A stretch of 64,000 nucleotides of DNA from Candidatus Poribacteria bacterium (lineage in GTDB: Bacteria; Poribacteria; WGA-4E; PCPOR2b). The DNA lies in contig OZ242351.1 of assembly GCA_965208675.1 (NCBI GenBank), forward strand, positions 576,001 to 640,000, read 5' to 3'. The notes beneath the pieces are model-generated. The model was not told the DNA's origin. It did no database searches and worked only from the letters and a program-made list of their open reading frames with translations. Position numbers and translations under genes: made by a program. Position 1 is the stretch's first letter. Every line of letters begins with the position of its first letter. This document shows, piece after piece, positions 19,301-29,292 of the stretch.

Positions 19301-20199
19301 TGACCAAGAGGCGAAGCGAAGTTCGGATGGCAGTATTTTTGGCGATTGCCATTGTTGAGCATGTGATATTTATTCTTGTTTTGGCGACAGTAGTTTATAC
19401 TGAACCAGTGCCAAAACCTGATCGCCCAATAACAGTGGACATTGTGCCCAATGTGCTACCGCAGGAAAAGCGAATTTTGGATGATAAACCCGTTGCATCC
19501 ATGCCCGTGCAACCTCTGGTGCAAGATGATTTACCCCCGCTTCGCTTTACACATAACCGCCAAGAGTATCTAATTCCTTCGGACCTCAATGATAGGTTGC
19601 CGGAAACGCACCAAAAACGGTTAGCCAATCCGAAATCCGATCGATTTTCTTTGGAGATTGCACGCCCTCAAGGCAACAAGCGAGATTTAGTTGATAATTC
19701 TCCAAACACTATTGTTCGAGCGAAGCCGCTTGTTAAAACGCCCGGATTTCATGGACCGGAACCCCGAAAACTACCAAAAGCAGATGGGGGGAAATTCACA
19801 CGAGGAGCAAGAGAACAAAATTCCATAGGGAGACTCCCAGCAAAGAGTTCGATAGACACCCGAATCAGTCGGATCGAGGGCAGCGGAGGAGACGGAAATA
19901 TCCGTATCTCTGGCGAAGTAGGCGGGAGAAAGTATCGACTGCCGTCCGCTATTCAAACAGAAGGCAAACAAGGTGGAAGTATTCAACTCAGTTTCAAGGT
20001 GAAGCCCGATGGAACTGTTGATAACAACAGCGTACGAATCGAATTCGGTCCGAAAACGACAGTCGGAGAAGTCCGCTTAAAAAGAAAAGCAATACGATAT
20101 CTCGTAGGAATTCGATTTGCAGCCCTTCCCAAAAACGTAGCGCAAGTTAATCAATCTGGTGAGATATTCATCGAATTTTCAACACAATCAAGCCAATAG
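19297..20199 (+). CDS. TonB/TolA-like energy transducer
   Basis: N-terminal TM with His (AIVEHVIF), Pro-rich linker, C-terminal GSIQLSFKVKPDGTV...RFAALP; overlaps the exbB-like stop. Confidence 0.7.
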   Translation: MMTKRRSEVRMAVFLAIAIVEHVIFILVLATVVYTEPVPKPDRPITVDIVPNVLPQEKRILDDKPVASMPVQPLVQDDLPPLRFTHNRQEYLIPSDLNDRLPETHQKRLANPKSDRFSLEIARPQGNKRDLVDNSPNTIVRAKPLVKTPGFHGPEPRKLPKADGGKFTRGAREQNSIGRLPAKSSIDTRISRIEGSGGDGNIRISGEVGGRKYRLPSAIQTEGKQGGSIQLSFKVKPDGTVDNNSVRIEFGPKTTVGEVRLKRKAIRYLVGIRFAALPKNVAQVNQSGEIFIEFSTQSSQ

Positions 20200-20676
20200 G
20201 ATTCTCGGTAAGTCATGTCATTCCCAGAGTTGGCGGGAGATTGACAGCGCTTTATTACGAAAATTTTGAATCGTTGCGCGTGCTGACGGGCTTTTTGACA
20301 ATTTGTGTACGTTTTGAATGGCACATTAATGTTACAATCTACATTCCGATGCACGGTTCAAACCATCTTAATCGAATTTGTTAATCAATCGGGGTAATTT
20401 CGCATTATAAACCTACGAAGAATGGGAGATTGTCCTATACAATCCTGACCCATTGGATTGTCATTTACAAGTTGAAAAACCATGCCGCAATTTTTTCAAT
20501 GAAATACCCTGCCTCAACACTTTTTTAAATGATGAAGATCGAGCAAGAGTTTAGCGAGTGCGAATATTTTTCGTCTTTGGAACGCCTTCGCCTTCGTTAT
20601 TCACTCTGTTGATTGCAAAGCGTCTAGAGTCTTAATTCCTCAATTTGTCAACTTTACAATAAAAAGGAGAAACAAA

Positions 20677-22059
20677 ATGAATCGCTTGAAATCCCTTTGC
20701 CCATACCTTGCACTCGCTAGCTTGGCTGCAATCGTTGTTGGGTGCGCCGGCGGAATGAGCGGTATTGTACCCCTGAGTGCGAAAATACAAAACGCCGACC
20801 GCAAACTTGCGGAGGCGGAGCAAGTTCAAATTAAAGGTGACACCAAAGAAGAAAAAGCAATAATTGAAGCAGAAAAGAACGAGCTCTACGATGATGCGCT
20901 TCGGCGATACTTGGAAATTATCGAGGCAGCGCCTCAAGGAAAATATGCACAGCGAGCGCATTTCCAAGTGGCTGAAATTTACAAAAAACGTTATGATTGG
21001 GATAGTTCAGTACAGCATTTTCAAGCAATCGTAGATCTGTCCCCAACGGGTTATTATGCTAGCCGGGCGAAGAGTGGGATTGCTGACATTCGCAAGAACC
21101 GTCGAATCATTCAAGAAAAACGGCGAATCTATCAAAACCGCCGCCTTCTCGAAGACGACGAAAGCCAGACTTTAGCTGCGAAAGCACTGTATGATGTCGC
21201 GAAGGCTTATGAAACGATTGGCAACTATCCGGAGGCGGTCGACAATTATGAGAAACTAATCGCTGAATTCCCAGGATATAAGTTGACGCCGCAAGTGCAG
21301 TTCCAAATTGGCAACATCTATTTTTATAGGCTGCACGATTATTCAAACTCTGGAGGTTGGGGCGCATTTGTGAACGTTATCGAAGCCTATCCCGAGTCAT
21401 TCGAGGCGCGTGAAGCAGAGACTCTTTTGAAGAAGTCTAGCCGAACCCTTACCCAGATAGCCCAAGAAATGGAGCTCATCGAATCCTATAAAAATAAGAA
21501 GGCGTTTGACTATCGTGACACAGGCCGATATGTACCATCTACTGAATTATGGAAGATGGGTTACTCCGACCATGCTGTCCAGGCGTATCAGGAAGTCGCC
21601 CGCGGCTGGGAAAAAATGAGGAACTATACATTTGCAATCGCCGCTTACGACAAACTGGTAGAGTATATATCTCACAGAAAGTTTGCGGTCGCTGATGCAT
21701 TATTTCAAACGGGGGTTTTGTACCAGAAAAACGGAGAACTCGAACGGGCAATTGATGCATACCACCGGTTATTTGAAAAAGCACCGGAATCAACCTGGCG
21801 TGCTGAAGCGGTATATAACCAAGCCGTCTGTTTTCAGTCCATCCGTGAGTTCAACGAAGCGTATAGGGGGTTCAAGGCTTACATGAGCCTCGGCGATGAT
21901 GGTAAGTATTACCGTGAAGCGGAACAGCGAGTTCGTCAGTTTGAACTTGATCAGGATGGCGATGGATATAAGTTTTACAAAGAGCAGGAAGCTGGAACAT
22001 CCGATCAAAACGCGGACGATTTTCCTGGGGCACAGCAGCCCGCGGCGAGCGGCATGTAA
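20677..22059 (+). CDS. TPR-repeat lipoprotein with C-terminal DxDGDG calcium-binding-type motif
   Basis: Lipobox VVGC, TPR repeats, DQDGDG...EAGTSDQNADDFP; strong RBS AAGGAG. Confidence 0.85.
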   Translation: MNRLKSLCPYLALASLAAIVVGCAGGMSGIVPLSAKIQNADRKLAEAEQVQIKGDTKEEKAIIEAEKNELYDDALRRYLEIIEAAPQGKYAQRAHFQVAEIYKKRYDWDSSVQHFQAIVDLSPTGYYASRAKSGIADIRKNRRIIQEKRRIYQNRRLLEDDESQTLAAKALYDVAKAYETIGNYPEAVDNYEKLIAEFPGYKLTPQVQFQIGNIYFYRLHDYSNSGGWGAFVNVIEAYPESFEAREAETLLKKSSRTLTQIAQEMELIESYKNKKAFDYRDTGRYVPSTELWKMGYSDHAVQAYQEVARGWEKMRNYTFAIAAYDKLVEYISHRKFAVADALFQTGVLYQKNGELERAIDAYHRLFEKAPESTWRAEAVYNQAVCFQSIREFNEAYRGFKAYMSLGDDGKYYREAEQRVRQFELDQDGDGYKFYKEQEAGTSDQNADDFPGAQQPAASGM

Positions 22060-22163
22060 CGCACATATTTACATTCTCACCTCGAACAACATGGTAGAGC
22101 GGGACGGTTCGACGCCGCTTAATCTAACGCCTTCCTTAGAATTGCAGCATCAATGAAAGCATT

Positions 22164-22985
22164 TCAGATTAATAAATGCACCCGTGACCGATTCGCGGGT
22201 TGCAATTCCGCATTGATCAGCTTTCGGACGTGTTCTGAGGTATAACGCCTCGAAAAATGTGTCAAGATAATGTGTTCACTTTCAATTGACTGTAACAATT
22301 TAGGCAAGGAGTCGAGATGAAAGTGCATTGTTTTCTTTGCATGTTCTCGATGTTCTGGCATCAGAAAGGTACATTCACAGATTAAAACTGGACACCGGCG
22401 AAGCAGGGGGTGGGAGGCATGTGGAATGCTTTGTGTATCCCCCAAGTAAGCGACTAGAGGTAATTCAATCCTATTCGAAACCTCTATGCCTGCTCTGCGC
22501 AACCGAGCAATCTCAATTCCCGGTAAACTTATAAATTCTGGCTTCAGCTTCTGTCGTGTTTCACAAATCAGGTACCCTACGGCTGGAACGCCGTGATCTG
22601 CCGGCAAGACATGAGCCACTAGGTTTCGGCGAAAAGGAATTATATCACCAACCTGCACCGCGGTAAGATGATAATCCCATTCCATTCCACAATCTAACAC
22701 AGCAATCTCATCTAAAATTCGCCTAAGCTGATCAATTCCCTCCGTCGGGACACAAATCTTGCCGGGCGGAATGCCGGCTAACCACCGTTGGCTGACGTAT
22801 ATGGGCAGACCGAAATAGTGGTCAAGATGAAAATGTGAAATAAATACATGACCGGTACCGATAAAATTCATCGGGCAGCGTCCCAGGTCAAAGATTAAAT
22901 CTAGCTCTCGTATTCGGAGATAAGTTGCGATAGCCGAACTTGATTCGCCTTCAATCGTAATATTCCCGCACCGCAATAATGCCAT
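22164..22985 (-). CDS. rnz: Metallo-beta-lactamase-fold ribonuclease Z (short Thermotoga/plant-type)
   Basis: HFHLDH, DLG, H.VP..GY, KLKPEF arm, YLGDT, ECTF, HFH, THFSRRY. Confidence 0.75.
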   Translation of the reverse strand: MALLRCGNITIEGESSSAIATYLRIRELDLIFDLGRCPMNFIGTGHVFISHFHLDHYFGLPIYVSQRWLAGIPPGKICVPTEGIDQLRRILDEIAVLDCGMEWDYHLTAVQVGDIIPFRRNLVAHVLPADHGVPAVGYLICETRQKLKPEFISLPGIEIARLRRAGIEVSNRIELPLVAYLGDTQSIPHASHPLLRRCPVLICECTFLMPEHREHAKKTMHFHLDSLPKLLQSIESEHIILTHFSRRYTSEHVRKLINAELQPANRSRVHLLI

Positions 22986-23046
22986 CCGATGAAAATTTTC
23001 CTTGACTGTTTGTTATCCATTCAAACGGACAAAATTCTACGTAGCC

Positions 23047-24000
23047 TCAAGCTAAGGCACCGCCGCACGACGATCCAGAACCGGCCGTGCATCCGAAACA
23101 GTGTGACCCGGTCATAATTCTCCGGTGAGCGAATAGTGAAGGTTTAAAATCGCTAATATTTTGGGGGTAAACTCTCTCTACTGGAAGTTTTAGCGCTAAG
23201 TTAAAATCACAATCGTATAATCGCCCATCCCAGCCAATACTAATCTGCCGCCGACACATTAGTCCGTCTATGGTAGCCAAGTTGATGCTATCTCGCAGCA
23301 GTTGATTGTAAGCTTCAATCTTATTTTCCCGTGTCAAATCGCTGCGAAAGCGGCCTATTGGCATGTTAGCTATTGTCAGTAGGTTGGAAAATTCAATCCC
23401 ATATTCTGATTTCAAATGCTGTTTATAATCAAATTCTAGTTCAGATTGCTGCGGCGGAAGCGTCGGACCTACCGGGTTATAGACAAGATTCAAAGTTAGG
23501 TGCGATTCCACCCCGTAACCTAACTTATTGAGGAGTTGTAGCGCTTGGATACTGTCATCAAAAACACCAGTCCCCCGCTGCTGATCGACGTTTTCTTCTA
23601 TGTAACAAGGTAAAGACGCGCAAAGTTGCACCTCGTGCTCTCGAAAAAAGTCTGGCACCGTCTCAAAACCGGGCTGAAGCAAAATCGTGAGGTTCGTTCG
23701 CACCAATACGGGAAACCCTTTTCCCCGCAATTCCTTCACAAATCGGCGAAAGTGCGGGTGCATCTCTGGCGCCCCGCCAGTGATATCCACGAGTTTTGCG
23801 TGCGATTCCTCTGCAGCAGTTATCACGCATTTCATCGTCTCCCAATTCATCATCTCTTTCCGGCGTGGTGAAGACACTACGTGACAGTGCGCGCATTCCA
23901 GATTGCACTTGAGTCCAATATTCACCTGTATAGTCTCGACACACAAACTTGTCAGTCCGTCTCCATTGTAGCTCGAGATTGCCTTGTCAAACGTATTCAT
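23047..24000 (-). CDS. arsS: Radical SAM protein, ArsS (arsenosugar biosynthesis)/DUF3641 family
   Basis: CNLECAHCHV, DITGGAPE, ASLPCY, LVYNP, LMCR, YDCDFN, HCFGCTAGSGSSCGG. Confidence 0.88.
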   Translation of the reverse strand: MNTFDKAISSYNGDGLTSLCVETIQVNIGLKCNLECAHCHVVSSPRRKEMMNWETMKCVITAAEESHAKLVDITGGAPEMHPHFRRFVKELRGKGFPVLVRTNLTILLQPGFETVPDFFREHEVQLCASLPCYIEENVDQQRGTGVFDDSIQALQLLNKLGYGVESHLTLNLVYNPVGPTLPPQQSELEFDYKQHLKSEYGIEFSNLLTIANMPIGRFRSDLTRENKIEAYNQLLRDSINLATIDGLMCRRQISIGWDGRLYDCDFNLALKLPVERVYPQNISDFKPSLFAHRRIMTGSHCFGCTAGSGSSCGGALA

Positions 24001-24250
24001 CGTTTTTTCCTTCCCGATAATTTGAAATCCATTTGATAATACGTTAACGATTTGTTAGAATACTCTCCCCGCCACGGCAAGCATTTAAATTTTTTTTCAA
24101 GTGGCTGGCATTCTTGCCTGCAAAGAACATAAAGCAAACTTGGGAAATCAATCGAATCACATGATATACTTAATACCGTTTACATTCCTCATGATTAGTG
24201 CCATCGAATAATTCCAAACTGAATCAAGGCTTCATAAAATTGGAGGGCTC

Positions 24251-25114
24251 ATGAACGTTAAAATTGGAATAATTGGCGGTTCAGGATTTTATCAGATGGA
24301 GGGTTTAACAGGCATTGAAAAAATTGACGTGGATACACCATTTGGACAACCCAGCGATGTGTTGACCGTGGGCGAAATTGAAGGAAAACGCGTCGTTTTT
24401 CTGCCCCGTCACGGTGTGGGACATCGGCTTCTCCCATCCGAGATAAATGTACGCGCAAACATCTACGCTTTAAAGAGTTTAGGAGTGGAGTGGATTATCT
24501 CGGTGAGCGCAGTAGGTAGCCTCAAGGCTGAAATTGAGCCACGCCACTTTGTTATTCCTGACCAACTTTATGATCACACAAAAAATCGAGTTAACACCTT
24601 CTTTGGTGAAGGTATTTCCGCCCACGTCAGTCTTGCCCAACCATTTTGCGACATCTGCAGCGAAATCCTGTACCAGAGCGCAACAGAAATCAATGCAACT
24701 GTTCACATGGGCGGCACGTATATCTGCATGGAAGGGCCAGCCTTTTCGACACTGGCCGAATCGAATGTCTATAGACGTCTTGGATTCGACGTAATCGGTA
24801 TGACGGCGGCTCCTGAAGCCAAACTTGCCCGCGAAGCAGAAATTTGTTATGCACTTCTTGCTTGTTCAACTGACTACGACTGTTGGCACACAGAACACGA
24901 ATTCGTCACCGCAGATATGATCTTTGAGAATCTAGCCGCGAATGTAGAGGTTGCGAAGCGCGTTGTCAAAACCATAATCCCCAAGATTCCAAACAAACGC
25001 GAAGAGTGTACTTGCTCAAACGCTATTGAAAAATCGATTGCGACGAACCCATCAGTTATGCCGGAAGCAACCAAGCGGAAACTCCGCCTGCTGGTCGGCA
25101 AATATCTGAAGTGA
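24251..25114 (+). CDS. mtnP: S-methyl-5'-thioadenosine phosphorylase
   Basis: IGIIGGSG, TPFG.PS, RHG.GH, SAVGSL, MEGPAFST.AES, IGMT..PEAKLAREAE, TDYDCW. Confidence 0.95.
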   Translation: MNVKIGIIGGSGFYQMEGLTGIEKIDVDTPFGQPSDVLTVGEIEGKRVVFLPRHGVGHRLLPSEINVRANIYALKSLGVEWIISVSAVGSLKAEIEPRHFVIPDQLYDHTKNRVNTFFGEGISAHVSLAQPFCDICSEILYQSATEINATVHMGGTYICMEGPAFSTLAESNVYRRLGFDVIGMTAAPEAKLAREAEICYALLACSTDYDCWHTEHEFVTADMIFENLAANVEVAKRVVKTIIPKIPNKREECTCSNAIEKSIATNPSVMPEATKRKLRLLVGKYLK

Positions 25115-25286
25115 TATGCTTCCAATTTGCAAGATTAAATGTTACAAGGGAGCAACCAAACTACATGTACTTCAAACGGCAAATTTTTTCCCCTCTTGCC
25201 AACATATACCGCATTTTGAAATGGACAACTCTATTTCCAAGTCCCCGTCTAGAAATTCGTTCAAATGCGTGTTGCGCCTTCTATTC

Positions 25287-26966
25287 CTACTCCCGAGTCA
25301 AAATAATCGTATCAATCCGACGGTTTTTGTCTCTGCCAGCTTTATTTTCGTTGCTCTGAATTGGAAATTCTTCGCCTAAACCAATAGATGTTATTCGTTC
25401 ACTAGGCACCCCACCATCTTCCGATAGATATTTGGCAAAGGTTTTCGCTCGGTTCTCCGTCAACCTGAGATTGGTGTCGGTTTTTCCAACGTCGTCGCTG
25501 TGTGCTTCTACATGGACAGGGAACTGGGCAAATGTATGAAGAATCTCAGCCAGTTTAAGAAGCATTGGGAAATATTTTGGATTAATTTCCGTGCTTCCCA
25601 TCTCGAAGATATTCCCGCTTAAACGCACAAGCACACCTTTTTCCGTTTTTTGGGAATCTGCCGCGGAAATTTCATTTGTTGCGTTAAGAATGTTTGTTTC
25701 AACGGCTTCAATCTGCTTGGCTTTTTCGATGGCATTGGTTAACGTCTCTAGGCTTTGATTTCCTAAGGAAATGGCGCGTACATAATTAGCGTTAGACAAA
25801 GCGGATTTGGCTTGTGCAATCAGTTCAATCGCCTTCTCGTACGATTCGGATGCAAGGTTTGGAGTCTCCGTTACCCTTGTTTGGTTAATGCTTTCCTCCG
25901 CCTTAAATATTGTGTCTTTGGCTTTGGCAATTTTTTCTTCCATCGCTTCTTTAGCAGATTGCGCGCGATCTATAGCTTCGGCGGCAGTATACGCTTCATG
26001 CCCAACACTTTCAGCCTGTGCAGCCAACTGCAACGCCGCCTTATACTCTTCCGTTTTCAATGCTAGATTCGCTCGTTCAAGCGTTGTTTTCGCTCGATTA
26101 AAAAGCGTCTGAGCGTGTGCAAACGCATTGACACTTTCTGCCCTATCTATCTCAATTTGTGCACGAGTTATAGCGACTTTTGCGTCTGCGTAATCTTCAA
26201 GCTTCATTAATCCTGCGGCCTGTGCTCCCACGCGCGCAGCAGTTCGAGAATCTTTTGCATGCTCCTCTGCTTTTACAGCCGCTGCTTTGGCTTCATCGAA
26301 CTTCTCTTGTACCAACAAGGAATGTGCTTGTTTGATGAGGTTCTCAGCCGCTTGAAAACTATCACCATCAAAGTTAAGCGCTCCTTCAGTCCTAGCGGCA
26401 TCAATAACAAGCTGTGCTTTTCCAATCGCCAATTGCGTTTGTGCGTTGAGTCGGGCGTTCTTCGCGTCCCGCCTCGCTGTGCCGGCTTCAGCTTGGGCGA
26501 TTGCCATGCGTTGTTCGGCATTCTCCGCTCTGGATAAGGCACGCCTCTCACGTCCTTCCGCCATTGTCCGCAGAGTTTGTGCCGTCTGAACTTTGTACTC
26601 CAATTCTTGAGCTAATGCCTTCAACATATCCTCGCGAACCTGACTTATTCGCTTTTGCGCAATTTTCTGGCGTGTTACCGCGCCAGCTACCCGCGCTTCT
26701 GTCTGAGCTTGAAATGCTAATTCTAAACTTTGTACACTGTTGCCTTCCTGCCGAGCCTGCTTCGAATCCTCAAATAATTTTACCGCATTAGCAAACTTTT
26801 CGCGTGCATATTCTTCAGCTCCCAAATGTCGCGTGTTAGAAATGAAACTCTGCGCATCATTTAAACTCATGTCTAGCAGGGCCGGATCGATTTTTTCCGC
26901 ACAGCCGATTCCGCCTCCAAAAATTGTGATAAAACTGTGCAACCATAATATTCCTTTCGATTGCAT
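25287..26966 (-). CDS. OmpA-family peptidoglycan-binding protein with repeated DUF4398-like helical domains
   Basis: N-terminal GIGC lipobox-like sequence, long Ala/Glu/Lys-rich helical region, C-terminal OmpA domain (AHSD, NLRLTENRA, GLGE..PI, NRRID). Confidence 0.88.
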   Translation of the reverse strand: MQSKGILWLHSFITIFGGGIGCAEKIDPALLDMSLNDAQSFISNTRHLGAEEYAREKFANAVKLFEDSKQARQEGNSVQSLELAFQAQTEARVAGAVTRQKIAQKRISQVREDMLKALAQELEYKVQTAQTLRTMAEGRERRALSRAENAEQRMAIAQAEAGTARRDAKNARLNAQTQLAIGKAQLVIDAARTEGALNFDGDSFQAAENLIKQAHSLLVQEKFDEAKAAAVKAEEHAKDSRTAARVGAQAAGLMKLEDYADAKVAITRAQIEIDRAESVNAFAHAQTLFNRAKTTLERANLALKTEEYKAALQLAAQAESVGHEAYTAAEAIDRAQSAKEAMEEKIAKAKDTIFKAEESINQTRVTETPNLASESYEKAIELIAQAKSALSNANYVRAISLGNQSLETLTNAIEKAKQIEAVETNILNATNEISAADSQKTEKGVLVRLSGNIFEMGSTEINPKYFPMLLKLAEILHTFAQFPVHVEAHSDDVGKTDTNLRLTENRAKTFAKYLSEDGGVPSERITSIGLGEEFPIQSNENKAGRDKNRRIDTIILTRE

Positions 26967-27038
26967 GTATACTACGCCTCCAAAATCAGGATTCCTAAGC
27001 TCAAGAGTGCGCGGATTTCACCCTTACATTTTCGTGTT

Positions 27039-27464
27039 TCAATTTTCAGGTGTTGTATTAAAGCGTTCTAGTTCCATATTCGCCTGCTCTAACTCGCGCT
27101 TTGCCTTTTCCGTAGCCTGTATATTCAATTCCAATCTTTTTTCCATATTACGGGCTTTCTCTTCGATCGTTTGTGCTATGGATATTGATTCCGCTAATTT
27201 GCCTGTGAGATGTGCACGCCTTCCTAACCTATATGCTTCTTCCGTGTTTCCGTTGTGCAATGCCGATTCTGCTTCAGTGAGCATCTGAGCGGCTTTTCCG
27301 TACGTTTCCGCAGCTAGATTTTGTGCATCAGTTGCTTGTGCAGCGAGAATCTGCGCTTTTGCATCCTGAATAACGCTCTCCGCGTAGCCGCTCGCCATAC
27401 CGCACCCAACACTCACCACAATGACAACCCAACTGAAACCTGCCATTGCTAACCGCTGAATCAT
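27039..27464 (-). CDS. DUF4398-like lipoprotein
   Basis: Lipobox SVGC, A..A.A...A..LA..Y..A pattern, directly upstream of the OmpA gene. Start uncertain (ORF open from 27602). Confidence 0.75.
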   Translation of the reverse strand: MIQRLAMAGFSWVVIVVSVGCGMASGYAESVIQDAKAQILAAQATDAQNLAAETYGKAAQMLTEAESALHNGNTEEAYRLGRRAHLTGKLAESISIAQTIEEKARNMEKRLELNIQATEKAKRELEQANMELERFNTTPEN

Positions 27465-28024
27465 ATAATTTCGCGCCGTGACAATTAAGTGCATTATGTT
27501 TTTACGAAGCATGCCCATTAAGTGTAGTAGTTGTATGGCAAGCGCGCCGTACAAATTATTTGATACTAGACCGTAACTATTCAATTTCGCCCATTCAGCC
27601 ATTTCCTTGAGTGCTCGCTGAATAACTTCTCAAGATGGTACATATTTTTCTTGAAAAGAATTGTTTCTTCCCAACCAATAATGACCGGCACCCAAGCTAT
27701 TCCTACGGAGATAACGAGCATCAATCCGGCGGGCAAGAATATGAAATGTGTTCAGAACGGTAACCCGATATACGTCATTTTTTGGTAAACGGTATGGCTC
27801 TAGCCGACTAAGAAAATCGTTGTGCTGACACTACTTGCATCTGTCACGGCATTAGCTATCTCAAAGCATCTAATTTGTATTTTGCCTAAACTGCGCGATT
27901 GAATTAGATTGTCGGTGATGAGTATGGAATACATTCGCGCCACGTTGTATTATAGCATGCCGATCAAAAACAGATCAAGCGGGAAAACTAAACTATCGCT
28001 ATGGCTTATCCGGTTGCTTTTCGA

Positions 28025-28053
28025 TTGACACCTGTTCTCTTTTTTGATAATCT
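28025..28053 (+). promoter_or_regulatory. Candidate sigma70 promoter upstream of the PhyH-family gene
   Basis: TTGACA-17 nt-TAATCT with TG at the extended -10 position. Confidence 0.4.
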
Positions 28054-28263
28054 GGCAAGACCAGAAATACAAATTTCAGAGCAAATTTAATATCTAGTAT
28101 GCGATACTGGACGGCAAATAAATGAGATACAACTCCATGACTCTATCCTCCAATCACGAAGTACATTTCGAGGTCAATATCATGTGCCATGTCAGGCGGG
28201 AATATCTTTATCGCCCGGCCAATCAATGTGAATAGACCCTTTCAAAATCTTGGGAGTTTCATT

Positions 28264-29049
28264 ATGTCTGACTTCAAACTCACGCAGCAGCAACTGAATT
28301 TTATGGAAACCTTTGGATATCTGTGCTTTCCCAGCCTGCTCAACGACCGAATTGACCAGATTATCGAAGCTTTTGAACAGGTTTGGGTGGACTTGAATGT
28401 AGAACACCCTGAAACACAGCGTACTTACATTGTACCGTTTATCGGACAAAGCGAATATCTCAGTTCACTGCTTGACGACGATCGCATTGATGGAATTTTC
28501 AGCAGCCTTTTGGGAGAAGATTACGTTTACTTGGGTAGCGACGGCAATTTCTACAGCGGCGATTCCGGCTGGCACTCAGATGGCGGTTGGCCGCGCCGAA
28601 TTCGTCACTGCAAGATGGCGTTCTACCTCGACCCGTTGACCGAAAAAACAGGCGCTTTGCGATTCATCCCCGGCAGCCACAGATATGGGGAAGCGTATGC
28701 CGAGACCATACAGCAAGGCGTTGCGACGTTGGGGGAGACCTATGGAATTGACGCTACCGATGTGCCGGCCGCGGTAATGGAGACACAACCCGGTGACGTT
28801 GTGGTTTTTAACCAAGGCTTGAAACACGGTTCATGGGGCGGTAGCACGCAACGCCGTATGTTTACGATTAACTGTAGTTATCGGTATAAAGAAGATCAGA
28901 TGGATCTTCTCCAGAAGGAAGTAGGGATGACAATAGGTCATGAAGGCAAAATTTACGGAGAAAAAATGCTTGCGACAGCGGGGCCGCGCAGACTCGTGCA
29001 TCTTGAACAGCCGTTATCAATTGCTCCGGGTGGCGTGCCTTTGAAATAG
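28264..29049 (+). CDS. Phytanoyl-CoA dioxygenase (PhyH) family Fe(II)/2-oxoglutarate dioxygenase
   Basis: F...GYL, WHSD, GALRFIPGSH, PGDVVVF...KHGS, RR; HxD...H triad intact. Confidence 0.9.
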   Translation: MSDFKLTQQQLNFMETFGYLCFPSLLNDRIDQIIEAFEQVWVDLNVEHPETQRTYIVPFIGQSEYLSSLLDDDRIDGIFSSLLGEDYVYLGSDGNFYSGDSGWHSDGGWPRRIRHCKMAFYLDPLTEKTGALRFIPGSHRYGEAYAETIQQGVATLGETYGIDATDVPAAVMETQPGDVVVFNQGLKHGSWGGSTQRRMFTINCSYRYKEDQMDLLQKEVGMTIGHEGKIYGEKMLATAGPRRLVHLEQPLSIAPGGVPLK

Positions 29050-29292
29050 AGCAGTTCAACCTTTCCACGGCCTTCAACGATTACATTAAGAATTGCGAAC
29101 GATTGGGCGTCCTGCCAACGATAACTGAGGTTGATACATCAAAAAATCAATAATTGGGCGTTACAGATTACTAATTTTTCCGCCAATGTCTTTCTCGCTT
29201 AGTTCAAACCCGTCAAGAATTTTATTGAATGACTCTTGCTGTTAATGTAGGCGTAATTGAATTCCATATGGTAGAAGGAAGGTTGGAATGAA

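Noticed and set aside
22092-22119. tRNA-like words TGGTAGAGC and GGTTCGA next to the RNase Z gene
   Set aside because: Only 5 nt apart, with no anticodon arm or acceptor stem; at most a small hairpin between convergent genes.
27600-27935. Hydrophobic minus-strand frame with stops (…THFIFLPAGLMLVISVGIAWVPVIIG…)
   Set aside because: Could be a decayed membrane-protein gene, but I recognise no family, so it is unsupported.
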